DNA of 64,000 nt from sequence record NC_104190.1. The stretch is one strand, 5' to 3'. Positions 9,597 to 18,981 of this stretch are shown piece after piece. The notes beneath the pieces were generated by a model. That model was given only the letters and a program-made list of their open reading frames with translations, searched no databases and was not told the DNA's origin. The DNA is from Escherichia phage IME178. Each line of letters starts with the position of its first letter. Position 1 is the stretch's first letter. The translations under genes were made by a program, and so were the position numbers.

Positions 9597-11471
9597 ATGA
9601 ATCGCAATGAAGAACTAAAGTATAAAGAAATGCAGGCGTTAATTAGAAACTGCAAAGAGATTATCGAAGGGTCAGCAGATGAAGAGCTGCTGTTTAATAA
9701 TGCCAATAAACCCTCAGAACGTTTCCCTACACAAAGGGATATGCTTGCAGGTGAATTGAGTAAATATCTGATTCTAGAAGAAATGCCAATTCAGATTCGA
9801 AATGCTCATATGATTGGGGATATTCATTTCCATGATGCTGATTATGCTGCATTAGGCATGACTAACTGTTGTCTGGTAGCTCTGGAAGATATGTTGAAGA
9901 ATGGTATGAAGGTTGGTAATGCTGAAATTAGCACTCCAAACTCTATCACTACTGCGGCGGCTATTACTGCTCAGATTATCACTCAAGTTAGCTCCCATCA
10001 GTATGGTGGTACTTCTGTAGACCGCCTTGATGAAGTATTAGCCCCTTATGTTCGTAAATCCTATGACAAAAATCATGCGTTTGCAAAACGTTGGACTAAG
10101 GATGAAGCCAAAGCATCCGTAATGGCTACGGAAATGACTGAGAAAGAAGTCTATGACGCTTGTCAGGGTTTAGAATATGAAATCAATACCATGTTCAACT
10201 CTAATGGTCAGAGTCCATTTATTACCTTTGGTTTTGGTCTAGGAACTTCTTGGGAGGCACGTCTAGTACAGAAAGCAATACTAAAAGTACGTATGGATGG
10301 TTTAGGTATCAATAAACGTACAGCTATCTTCCCGAAACTAGTATTTGTGCTTCGTGATGGCGTTAACATGAAACCAGGAGATGTTAATTATGACATCAAG
10401 AAGTTAGCTATGAAATGTACGTCTGAACGTATGTATCCAGATTATATCAGCTATGATAAGGTTGTGGAAGTTACTGGAGACTATAAAGTTTCTATGGGCT
10501 GCCGTTCATTCCTAGCTGCTACAGAAGATGGTGAAACTGCTGGTCGTAATAACTTAGGTGTTGTTTCTGTAAACTTGCCTAGAATTGCTATCGAAGCTGA
10601 AGGAAATATTGACCTATTCTTTGATTTGCTTGAGCTACGTGTGGATACAGCGTTAAAAGCATTGGAGTGGAGAGTTGATCGCTTAAAATACATCCAAGCT
10701 AAAGCTGCACCCATCCTCTATATGTCAGGAGCCTTTGGGTTACGCTTGGGGCCTGATGAGTATGTATTCGATCATTTCTATAACCGTGCTTCTGTATCTC
10801 TAGGGTATATTGGTTGCCATGAAATGCTACAGTTCATGTTTGGCAAAGATGTAGACACAATGTCCGAGACCTGCATCAAGTTTGTTCAGCGTGTATTGCA
10901 GTACATGCGGGATAGAGTCGATCAGAAGAAGGAAGAAACTAAGTTAGGTTATAGCCTGTATGCTACACCATCAGAATCCCTATGTGATCGTTTTTGTCGT
11001 CTAGACCGTGAATATTTCCCGGAGCATGAAGATATTCTATCCAAAGGATACTATACTAATTCTCATCACCTTGATGTGGAACGTAAAGTTGCTCCCAATG
11101 TGAAATTTGATTATGAGTCTAACTTTACGCCGATCGCTTCTGGTGGATGTATTTCCTATGTAGAGCTACCAGATATGAAACGATTCCCAGATGCACTGGA
11201 ATGGGTTATTAATTATGCTGCTAGTAAAGTTCATTACTTCGGTATTAATACTCCAGTGGATTCTTGTGGTAAATGTGGATTCTTAGGTGAAACAATAGCA
11301 TCCGAAGATGGATTTAAGTGCCCTATCTGTGGTAATCATGACCCCGAAACTCTTGAAGTAACTCGTCGAGTTTGTGGGTATCTTGGAAATCCTGGTGCTC
11401 GTCCATTTAACCCAGGCAAACAGCATGAGGTTATGGGCAGGGTGAAACATCAGGATATTCGAGCTAAATAA
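9597..11471 (+). CDS. nrdD: anaerobic ribonucleotide reductase (class III)
   Basis: 624 aa; C-terminal glycyl-radical motif RVCGYLG preceded by Cys-rich zinc ribbon (CGKCGF...CPICG). Confidence 0.9.
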   Translation: MNRNEELKYKEMQALIRNCKEIIEGSADEELLFNNANKPSERFPTQRDMLAGELSKYLILEEMPIQIRNAHMIGDIHFHDADYAALGMTNCCLVALEDMLKNGMKVGNAEISTPNSITTAAAITAQIITQVSSHQYGGTSVDRLDEVLAPYVRKSYDKNHAFAKRWTKDEAKASVMATEMTEKEVYDACQGLEYEINTMFNSNGQSPFITFGFGLGTSWEARLVQKAILKVRMDGLGINKRTAIFPKLVFVLRDGVNMKPGDVNYDIKKLAMKCTSERMYPDYISYDKVVEVTGDYKVSMGCRSFLAATEDGETAGRNNLGVVSVNLPRIAIEAEGNIDLFFDLLELRVDTALKALEWRVDRLKYIQAKAAPILYMSGAFGLRLGPDEYVFDHFYNRASVSLGYIGCHEMLQFMFGKDVDTMSETCIKFVQRVLQYMRDRVDQKKEETKLGYSLYATPSESLCDRFCRLDREYFPEHEDILSKGYYTNSHHLDVERKVAPNVKFDYESNFTPIASGGCISYVELPDMKRFPDALEWVINYAASKVHYFGINTPVDSCGKCGFLGETIASEDGFKCPICGNHDPETLEVTRRVCGYLGNPGARPFNPGKQHEVMGRVKHQDIRAK

Positions 11472-11478
11472 GCTAATC

Positions 11479-11510
11479 AGCCGGGTTGCTAGTCGACCTG
11501 GCTTTTATTT
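11479..11510 (+). terminator. rho-independent terminator after nrdD
   Basis: agccgggt ... acctggct stem then TTTTATTTTATTT. Confidence 0.5.
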
Positions 11511-11513
11511 TAT

Positions 11514-11542
11514 TTGCTTTCAGCCAAAAATTTATATATAAT
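11514..11542 (+). promoter_or_regulatory. T5-type early promoter with conserved leader
   Basis: TTGCTT-17-TATAAT followed by AGATTTATAAATTTGATAGGAG leader and ATG 11571. Confidence 0.55.
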
Positions 11543-11570
11543 AGATTTATAAATTTGATAGGAGAAAGCT

Positions 11571-11783
11571 ATGAGAGTTCACAAGGTAGATAAAGAACGT
11601 ATCTATTTTATTATGGATTCTGGGGCATATGGTTCCATTCTCCGTGAGGATATAACTAAATTATGTTTAGTAAATACTTGGATGGACGAAGGGAAGATTG
11701 ATCCTAGGGTGGGATTGTGCTTATCTGAGCCCTCCCTTTCTATTGCTAGTGCAGAAATTGAAATGTTTGAGGAACAAGAATGA
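11571..11783 (+). CDS. hypothetical protein
   Basis: 70-aa ORF behind promoter/RBS. Confidence 0.5.
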   Translation: MRVHKVDKERIYFIMDSGAYGSILREDITKLCLVNTWMDEGKIDPRVGLCLSEPSLSIASAEIEMFEEQE

Positions 11784-11983
11784 AAAACGTAAAACATCTT
11801 AAATATCGCTTAATTTACAATGGGCGTATGGAGACAGAAGATCTGGCCCAGTTAGCTATTAACTCTAATGAGGTTACAGTGCGTGCGCTGGCAATTGAAA
11901 AGTTGCGTGCCTCTTATGAAAATCGTGTTATGGAACTAGAGGAGAAACTTTATGGACTTCTTGAATCAGAATCTACCAGATAA
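11780..11983 (+). CDS. hypothetical protein
   Basis: 67-aa ORF, ATGA start/stop overlap with upstream gene. Confidence 0.45.
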   Translation: MKNVKHLKYRLIYNGRMETEDLAQLAINSNEVTVRALAIEKLRASYENRVMELEEKLYGLLESESTR

Positions 11984-12173
11984 GGGTTTAAACTCCGCTT
12001 TGGAAAACGCATTAATACAGTACTGGGAAACTGGTTATAAGGATGGTGTTGAATCCTGCGCTACTATGCTAGAAGTTATTGCTAATACCTTAATGGAGAA
12101 AGGCAATAAAGAATTAGCTGAGCTATTAGACAGTATTGGGCAAAACTTCAGAGAACAGGTGAAAAATGCGTAG
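11952..12173 (+). CDS. hypothetical protein
   Basis: 73-aa ORF; RBS gaggag 8 nt before ATG. Confidence 0.45.
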   Translation: MDFLNQNLPDKGLNSALENALIQYWETGYKDGVESCATMLEVIANTLMEKGNKELAELLDSIGQNFREQVKNA

Positions 12174-12981
12174 ATTAATTATTATTAGCGGTGCAGGTTT
12201 GAGTGTTGAAAGTGGTGTACGAGCTTTTCGTACTGATACTGCTAGTGGTAAAGCATTGTGGGATGATTATGATCTAGAGGAAGTATGTAATATTCATGCC
12301 TTTCGTGGTAATTTTTATCATAAAACCCATATGTTTTACAACAACCGTCGTGAAGAGCTAAAAACTGTTGAACCCAATCTTGCGCATTTGCGTATTGGTG
12401 AATGGTATAAACAATATCCAGGTCAAGTAGTAAACTTGACCACTAACGTTGATGACCTTATTGAGCGTGCTGGCGTTCCACATAGTGACATTCTACACAT
12501 TCACGGATATTTGAAAGAGGTTGTTGTAGCTGATAGCTACAATAGTAGCAATAAACGGATTATTGATGTAGGATACAGTTCTATTGATCCAGATGATTAT
12601 AAATGGGTTAAGCCTAATGTAATCTTCTTTGGAGAGCATGCCCCTGCATACGCAGAAATGTATAATGTTTTTGATGGTATTACCAGTCAAGATATGATCA
12701 TTGTGGTTGGTTGCTCTAACCAAGTAATTAACTTCTACTGGGAATTATTTCCTGTTCTTAATAGGACTGCTGCGAAATTTATGGTAGTTAACTACTATGA
12801 TAGTGCCCTAGCAGCAGAGCCAGGCTATCAAGGTATGACTCGTAGTGAGATGTACCAGTTGGAAGAACGCGGTGTCCCTTACTGGAGTAAAGGTGCGGTA
12901 GATGCTTTCAGTGACCCTGATTTTATTGCTCGTGTAGAAGCTCATTTAGAGGGTAGACCTTATGTGTCAGGAAATAAGTAA
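12166..12981 (+). CDS. Sir2-family (sirtuin-like) NAD-binding protein
   Basis: IIISGAGLSVESGVRAFR (GAGIS-ESGIP-FR signature), TTNVDDL, HG, KPNVIFFGE; no CxxC zinc-ribbon pairs; start overlaps upstream stop. Confidence 0.7.
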   Translation: MRRLIIISGAGLSVESGVRAFRTDTASGKALWDDYDLEEVCNIHAFRGNFYHKTHMFYNNRREELKTVEPNLAHLRIGEWYKQYPGQVVNLTTNVDDLIERAGVPHSDILHIHGYLKEVVVADSYNSSNKRIIDVGYSSIDPDDYKWVKPNVIFFGEHAPAYAEMYNVFDGITSQDMIIVVGCSNQVINFYWELFPVLNRTAAKFMVVNYYDSALAAEPGYQGMTRSEMYQLEERGVPYWSKGAVDAFSDPDFIARVEAHLEGRPYVSGNK

Positions 12982-13474
12982 TACTCCAATTATTTTTCTA
13001 GATATTGATGGGGTGCTCAATTCGAGCATCTCCCACCATCATGCACCTGATAATGAAAAGATTTTCTTTGGGAGTGACTGGGTTTTCAAACCGCTTCTCA
13101 AGGCTTTTCAAGATTTTATTCGTCCTTCCTCGATAATGATTGTTGGGGTATCCTCATGGTTCTCTGTCAGGAATGAGATGGAGAACGTTCAGATTATGAC
13201 CGGATTAGGTCTTATCGATCGTTTTCTTGGTACAACGGATTTTACTGGGGGTGGGCTATCTAGAGGTAATTCTGTTCTCCGTTTCGTTGAAAAGCATAAG
13301 CTCAAACATTGGTGTGTACTTGATGATGCGGGTGCTATGATGTATCAGTACCCAACGGTTATAGTCAACGGTAGGACTGGGATAAATCTTCAGGATTTAA
13401 GAGCTGTTAGCTATATGCTAGAATTTAGCCCAGATCTTGAAATGTGTAAATCCTTACAACAATTTAAGGTGTAA
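12962..13474 (+). CDS. HAD-like hydrolase (putative phosphatase)
   Basis: N-terminal IFLDIDGVLN resembles HAD motif I (DxDGV); 170 aa; overlaps Sir2-like gene by 20 nt. Confidence 0.4.
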   Translation: MCQEISNTPIIFLDIDGVLNSSISHHHAPDNEKIFFGSDWVFKPLLKAFQDFIRPSSIMIVGVSSWFSVRNEMENVQIMTGLGLIDRFLGTTDFTGGGLSRGNSVLRFVEKHKLKHWCVLDDAGAMMYQYPTVIVNGRTGINLQDLRAVSYMLEFSPDLEMCKSLQQFKV

Positions 13475-13486
13475 ATATGTTCAATA

Positions 13487-13903
13487 ATGTATTCTCTAAA
13501 GAAGCTAACCCAGTTTTGGTTAACTTTTGGCGTACTCTCCCAGCTAGTGTATAATGAGGCTATTAACTCTTTGAAAATATGGTGTGAGAATAACGAAATC
13601 TCCTTTGCTTTTAAAGATGATATTGATGAGGCCCCCTGTATTGGTTTAATTGTGCAGGTAGAGGATGGCCTTGAAGAGATTGTGGGCTGGAAAGAGTTAG
13701 ACGAAATGGGCTTAGTTTTTGCGTTAAACTATAAGCTGTTTATGCCTGCTAAGCATCGCCTCGTTGTTAACTATAAAAATAGTGAATCTCCTGGTTTTCA
13801 GGTTAATGAACGTTATGGTTGGTCTTACTTACCGGAAGAAGTAAATGAGGGGATTCAGAAACTTCGACGTTTCGGGTATATGATCCCAGGTTTAACTGCT
13901 TAA
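13487..13903 (+). CDS. hypothetical protein, paralog 1 of tandem pair
   Basis: shares PCIG, EL..MGL..ALN and PGL segments with next ORF; ATG 13477 with RBS aaggtg is in another frame, so N-terminus uncertain. Confidence 0.45.
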   Translation: MYSLKKLTQFWLTFGVLSQLVYNEAINSLKIWCENNEISFAFKDDIDEAPCIGLIVQVEDGLEEIVGWKELDEMGLVFALNYKLFMPAKHRLVVNYKNSESPGFQVNERYGWSYLPEEVNEGIQKLRRFGYMIPGLTA

Positions 13904-13912
13904 GGAGGCAGA

Positions 13913-14302
13913 ATGGAACAAGTATACTGGCGTCAGATTGACCCTAGTTTGGTGAAGCGTGCGGAGAAGCTGCTACAACGTTGGTTGGGGGTAAGACAAG
14001 CCTCCTTCACTTTTCCTGAGCAGCAAACAGATGATCCCTGTATTGGTGTTTTCCTATCCGGCTACGCCGGGGAATGGGAGATGGACTGGAATGAATTGTC
14101 CGCTATGGGTTTAATTGTTGCCCTAAACTTCTCTATATTCCATCCACGTGGTTTGGCCATATGTCGTGTGCCTGATGACGGTTGTTCGCCCCATCTTTTA
14201 CAGGTGGAAGATGATACTTGGGAGTATACTCCGGATATTCTTAAAGAAGCTAAAGAACAATTAAACCGTGTTGGGATCTATGTTCCGGGATTAAATGACT
14301 AA
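13913..14302 (+). CDS. hypothetical protein, paralog 2 of tandem pair
   Basis: 129 aa; RBS aaggagg before ATG; similar to preceding ORF. Confidence 0.5.
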   Translation: MEQVYWRQIDPSLVKRAEKLLQRWLGVRQASFTFPEQQTDDPCIGVFLSGYAGEWEMDWNELSAMGLIVALNFSIFHPRGLAICRVPDDGCSPHLLQVEDDTWEYTPDILKEAKEQLNRVGIYVPGLND

Positions 14303-14328
14303 TGATTTTTATTAGCTGAACTATGATT

Positions 14329-14354
14329 ACCGAGTCATTTTGGCTCGGTTTTAT
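14329..14354 (+). terminator. weak rho-independent terminator
   Basis: accgag-tcattttgg-ctcggt followed by TTTTA. Confidence 0.4.
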
Positions 14355-14396
14355 CCGTACTCAAGACCAATGATAGCACCATCCGGAAAATTTTAC

Positions 14397-14425
14397 TTGC
14401 AGGATGCCCAAAATCTTGATATAAT
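14397..14425 (+). promoter_or_regulatory. T5-type early promoter
   Basis: TTGCAG-17-TATAAT with AT-rich leader TTGAATTGAGAGA. Confidence 0.5.
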
Positions 14426-14925
14426 ATTTATATTGAATTGAGAGACATTAGTAAAAATTGATTTTGCTAATTTTTCTTGTTTACAATCCGCGATACGGAA
14501 CAGTTAGGCTGCCCCATTAAGGGTTGTTTTAACTGTTACATGTTAGTTTTTAAACAAATAGTTAATAGAATACTTAGCGATCTGCGCCCCATAGGAACCC
14601 TGGTAAGGCCTCGAAGCAACCTAGTATGAGGTGGTTGTGAAGTGAGATGGGAGGAGTGAAAAACTACCGAGACGTGATTCTGTAAGTTATATTGCATCTA
14701 GTATGAGCTAGTATATGAAGCATTAGGTGAGCAAATCTGGCTTAGCGGCCATCCTCAAGGATTTGTGCGATATAGCAAAGCAGCAGCGCAGCGTGAAAGT
14801 GGAAGTTGCCACCCCACTTCAGTATTTGCGATTAATTTGTTGAGAAATTGACAGTAACAGTTGTTCTATTCTTTCTGAATAGTCCTAAAGAAAATTTATT
14901 TCATTTCCAACACAGGAGTATTGTT

Positions 14926-17715
14926 GTGTTCTCAATCCTACAAGGTCATGCAGGATTTCATCGCGATTTAGCCACAGGCAATTGGCGAGAAGTTAAAGCA
15001 GAAGATTATCTTTTTGCTAAAAGATTTTCCTCAAAGCATCCTGAAGGTAAACCAGCTTCAATGCCCTTCAAGTTTGATGTAATTGATGAAGTTGATCCTC
15101 AAACCCTAGTAGAAATGCTTCCTCTTATGAGACGTTTAACGTCTGACCCTCATATCGTTGCGGTACGAGGTAGATGTCTTGCACCTAAAAATAATGTGCG
15201 ACGTAAGAAGGGCAACTTTAATGTATCTAACCCAAGTCATATAATTGCAATGGACGTGGATGGTATTGTGGATACAGGTGGTTGTAACAAGTTTGATCTT
15301 GTTGGCATGGCTCGACATATTATTAGAATGTTAAATAGTATTAGTGAGGATATGTTTCCTCTTGATGCAGGGTTTATCGCTCATGCATCGTCTTCGGCTG
15401 GGCTAAAACCAGGTATCCGAATGCACTTAATACTAGAATCTAATGTTAAAGTAACTCAGGGTCAAATCAAATTCTTATTTACATCTATCAATGAAAGTAG
15501 TAGACAAAAGTATGGCTTTGATATTGCCGACTTAGCTTATTACTCTTCCGTACAGCTCCATTATTTTGCAGATCCGTTATTTACCGATGGTATAGTAGAT
15601 CCGTTTAAAGCGGAGGGTGCTTCACGTCTGGTATTTGTTAAAGGTTCTAAAGTAAATTTACCAAATAATCTGGTTGACTATGAAACAACTAGAGGTGAGT
15701 TTAAGGAGGAGTTTTACTCTTTACTCGATCAAATTAAAGGTAAAAAAGCTGCCTCTGATAAAGTAGAGGAAACTATCAGCGAACTAGAAGAAGCTGAGGA
15801 TGGGGTGTACTTGCGTATTATCCCCAAACTATACCATAGAGCATTAGAGGATGGTGTTGATTTTGCATGGCTAGAAAAAGAAATCCGTCCAGCCTTATCA
15901 GAATATATCGCAACTAAAGATAACAGTCGTAATATTCAAGATTACTTTAATAACGGTCGTAAACAGGCTCTGAAAGCATTTGTTAATAATTCTAAACGCG
16001 ATATACCTGATGTTTTAAAAGGTATTCCACTTAAAAAGCTAGAAACTAACTCCCTAGAAACTGATAACTTCTTGAAATTAAATACTGTGCCACCAGAAGG
16101 TTATATGACTTTTGTAAAAGCAAGTCTAGGTACAGGTAAAACCACGGCGGTTGTGCGTTGGTTAGATTCAGGAGTTATTAAAGGTAATTTCTTAGCAATT
16201 ACCAATACTAGAGCGCTGGTGTCTTCAAATGCTAAGAAATTCAGTGCAGGACAATATGATAAGTCTGTAGATATGCTTAATTTTAAGCGTGGTGCTATTG
16301 ACCGTATGTCCACAACTATTCACTCTTTGCATAAGTTCAAGAGTTTTATTGGTCAAATTGATGCAATCTTTATCGATGAATGTGATGCTGTAATGAATGA
16401 CCTGTTATTCGCCCCGGTTGTTAAACAACGTCGTGAGTGTATTCAGGTTCTTCGGGATATTCTTGCAACTGCAAAAATCATTATATTATCAGATGGTGAT
16501 ATTAGTGCAGAAACAATTGAAGCATATGGTTCCTTGATTGAGTTTGATAAACCGGTTGCATTTTATAATCACCACCGTAAGATGTTGTCAAAAGCTCATG
16601 CTTATGAGTTCCCTGATGAATCCAGTATTTGGGTTGCACTTCAGACTTCTCTAGAGATGGGTGAGAAATCTATTCTGGTATCTGACTGTGGCCCTGATGA
16701 GCTGAATGAGAAGGGCATGGCATTACGTCGTAATACGGGTGCGTTAGTTAAGGAAATCCACTCAAACTCTACGTCTGATGTAGATATTCGACGTATTCTG
16801 GATTACACAACTAATGAGCTAATTGACCAACAAATTGATTGCTTATTATGTAGTCCATCCGTAACTAGTGGTGTTGACTTCAACTATTTTGATAACGTAT
16901 TCGTTATTACTAGAACCAGCAACCAAGCGCCAAACATGCGTTTCCAAGCAATCAGGCGCGACCGTGGTGCTCAGAACATCTATTATTTTATTGATAAATC
17001 TACGAGTGGATTCTCCGCAGGTTCTGAACAATATAACATTGATGAAGGTTGGCTGGAGTTAGCACAGCAATTATACGCACGTCGCAGGGAGCTGGAATCT
17101 AGGAACTATACTAGTACTTTACGTTATTACTTGCTTGATCAGGGTGCAACTATTGATATTTTCAGTGAAAGCTGGGGAACTATCGAAGGTGCAGGCAAAG
17201 AGTATACAGAAGAGCGAATCAAAGCCATTTTGTATTCAACTCCTGATTATTGCGCTCCACGTCATGCGGATGCGTATGAAGCTAAACTACTTCTTGTTCG
17301 CTACTATCATCTTGAGTCTATTAAAGATGTAACAGTTGAGCATGTTGAACAATATATCAAGGATAAACCGAATGATCGAGCTGCATTCTTCCATAAAATG
17401 CACGAGATGTTCTGGGAAGATATTAAGAAGTGTTCAAACGTCACTATCAAACCATTCATAGAAGCTCTGAAAGGTAAGAAGAAAGATTTCTTCCTTAAAA
17501 CAGGTCAGAGTGCTAACCCAAAATATGCGAGAATGTATCTTGGTATGATGGGTATTGGTAAGGATATGAACACTGAAAATATTGTAGACTGGTACAGAAC
17601 CTATTGTAAAATCGAGTGTATGCCAATCCCATATAAGTTTATGACTGATGAGGAGAAACATATGCATGATGAAGCAATGGCAGAGCTAGGTGCTAGAAAT
17701 GACAGTGAAGAATAA
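14926..17715 (+). CDS. putative primase-polymerase (AEP-like)/P-loop helicase fusion; replication initiation protein
   Basis: N-terminal IAMDVDG (DxD) and AHASSSAGLKPGIRMH (S-G...H) resemble AEP prim-pol motifs; Walker A SLGTGKTT, Walker B IFIDECD; start set at GTG 14926 after AGGAG. Confidence 0.55.
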   Translation: MFSILQGHAGFHRDLATGNWREVKAEDYLFAKRFSSKHPEGKPASMPFKFDVIDEVDPQTLVEMLPLMRRLTSDPHIVAVRGRCLAPKNNVRRKKGNFNVSNPSHIIAMDVDGIVDTGGCNKFDLVGMARHIIRMLNSISEDMFPLDAGFIAHASSSAGLKPGIRMHLILESNVKVTQGQIKFLFTSINESSRQKYGFDIADLAYYSSVQLHYFADPLFTDGIVDPFKAEGASRLVFVKGSKVNLPNNLVDYETTRGEFKEEFYSLLDQIKGKKAASDKVEETISELEEAEDGVYLRIIPKLYHRALEDGVDFAWLEKEIRPALSEYIATKDNSRNIQDYFNNGRKQALKAFVNNSKRDIPDVLKGIPLKKLETNSLETDNFLKLNTVPPEGYMTFVKASLGTGKTTAVVRWLDSGVIKGNFLAITNTRALVSSNAKKFSAGQYDKSVDMLNFKRGAIDRMSTTIHSLHKFKSFIGQIDAIFIDECDAVMNDLLFAPVVKQRRECIQVLRDILATAKIIILSDGDISAETIEAYGSLIEFDKPVAFYNHHRKMLSKAHAYEFPDESSIWVALQTSLEMGEKSILVSDCGPDELNEKGMALRRNTGALVKEIHSNSTSDVDIRRILDYTTNELIDQQIDCLLCSPSVTSGVDFNYFDNVFVITRTSNQAPNMRFQAIRRDRGAQNIYYFIDKSTSGFSAGSEQYNIDEGWLELAQQLYARRRELESRNYTSTLRYYLLDQGATIDIFSESWGTIEGAGKEYTEERIKAILYSTPDYCAPRHADAYEAKLLLVRYYHLESIKDVTVEHVEQYIKDKPNDRAAFFHKMHEMFWEDIKKCSNVTIKPFIEALKGKKKDFFLKTGQSANPKYARMYLGMMGIGKDMNTENIVDWYRTYCKIECMPIPYKFMTDEEKHMHDEAMAELGARNDSEE

Positions 17716-17940
17716 AAAATGGGAAACAAGGAAGTTTCCAGTAAAAGAACGTAAAGTTCCTGTTTACGACACTTCGGAAAAGCTATGTAGGGTGGTACCG
17801 CATAGACTAGCTGGCATCCCTAACATATCCGAGTGGTTACTTAAACAACGGAAAACTAACGTGTCTCTTCGCGTAGGCTTTGAGTTAGATAAAGTCTATG
17901 CTGAACTTGCTTCTTTGCTCAAGGAATCGTAAAAATTTAT

Positions 17941-17969
17941 TTGCATAGTGCAAAAAATTTCTGTATAAT
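17941..17969 (+). promoter_or_regulatory. P_N25-like strong early promoter
   Basis: TTGCAT-17-TATAAT followed by AGATTCATAAATTTGAGAGAGGAGTTTAAAT-ATG, near-identical to the T5 P_N25 promoter/leader as I recall it. Confidence 0.7.
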
Positions 17970-18000
17970 AGATTCATAAATTTGAGAGAGGAGTTTAAAT

Positions 18001-18705
18001 ATGGCTGGTTCTCGTAGAAAGAAACATATCCATGAAATCCCGGATGAAGTCTTTAAAAAGGTTATAGAGCATCTGGAGAACGGTGGTACTAAGAAAGCAG
18101 CATGTGAAATGCTCGGCGTATCGTCCAATCCAACTATGGAAAGGATGATTGAAGAATGGCAAGACCGCCAGATTCAGGTTGCCGAAATGAAGAAAAAGAA
18201 ACGTGGCACTCTCATTGAAGGCATTGAGTTAGCCAACGTTATTGAGCAGTATTTATCTGGTGATTCTTTTGAAGAAATTGCCGATCGTAATTATCGCTCT
18301 GTAGCAATGGTTAAATCTGTTCTGGAACGATATGGTGCTCTACTTCGTTTGAACGATATTGTAGATCCATTGAATCCTCCAATTATTCCTGATGATGCTG
18401 TAGCAGAAGAATTTGCAGTTGGTGAGCTTGTTTGGGTTCCTGGATACCAGTGTATCGGTGAAATCAAAAAAGCAATGGATAATCCTGTTGGTTGTTACCG
18501 TGTATGGCTTCTATCAGAAGGCAAACAACAGAACGTTCATTATATGAATTACGAGTTGGCCTCTGTTAAACATCTGGAAAAGTTAGGGGTTGACGTAAAA
18601 TCTCTAGGATATAAATGGACTAGTGAAGAAATTATTACGTTGATTAACGAAGCTGTTAAGGCTGCCCTGAAACTTGATAAAGAAAAAGGAAAACGCCGTG
18701 AGTAA
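18001..18705 (+). CDS. hypothetical early protein (P_N25-driven)
   Basis: 234-aa ORF directly behind the P_N25-like leader. Confidence 0.55.
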   Translation: MAGSRRKKHIHEIPDEVFKKVIEHLENGGTKKAACEMLGVSSNPTMERMIEEWQDRQIQVAEMKKKKRGTLIEGIELANVIEQYLSGDSFEEIADRNYRSVAMVKSVLERYGALLRLNDIVDPLNPPIIPDDAVAEEFAVGELVWVPGYQCIGEIKKAMDNPVGCYRVWLLSEGKQQNVHYMNYELASVKHLEKLGVDVKSLGYKWTSEEIITLINEAVKAALKLDKEKGKRRE

Positions 18706-18961
18706 GCTAACAGATTTGCTTAAAGATGGAGATGTAAAATATCTCCAGCGGGATAGCTGGGGTAATTGGGATGCTCGTACTTATTACTCTACTATTATAA
18801 AAGTAGATGTTGATAATAATGATATTATCGAGTTTACCTGGTGGCCCAATGAAGATGGGTATACCAAGTTCGATATAAAAGACGCAACATGGAAGACCAC
18901 CTCCCTAACCCTAGAAGAAGCTCTGGCGGATGATTGGGAGATCGTTGAGCTAGATGTATAG
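18674..18961 (+). CDS. hypothetical protein
   Basis: 95-aa ORF starting TTG 18674; alternative GTG 18698 with RBS aaaagga. Confidence 0.4.
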   Translation: MIKKKENAVSKLTDLLKDGDVKYLQRDSWGNWDARTYYSTIIKVDVDNNDIIEFTWWPNEDGYTKFDIKDATWKTTSLTLEEALADDWEIVELDV

Positions 18962-18981
18962 CAGTTATCGAAAAATTTCAG

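Noticed and set aside
14303-14925. Possible tRNA gene(s) in the ORF-free island
   Set aside because: I could not find a T-loop-like GGTTCGAATCC motif or a cloverleaf with 7-bp acceptor stem by eye; left as unclassified noncoding. Needs a covariance-model scan.
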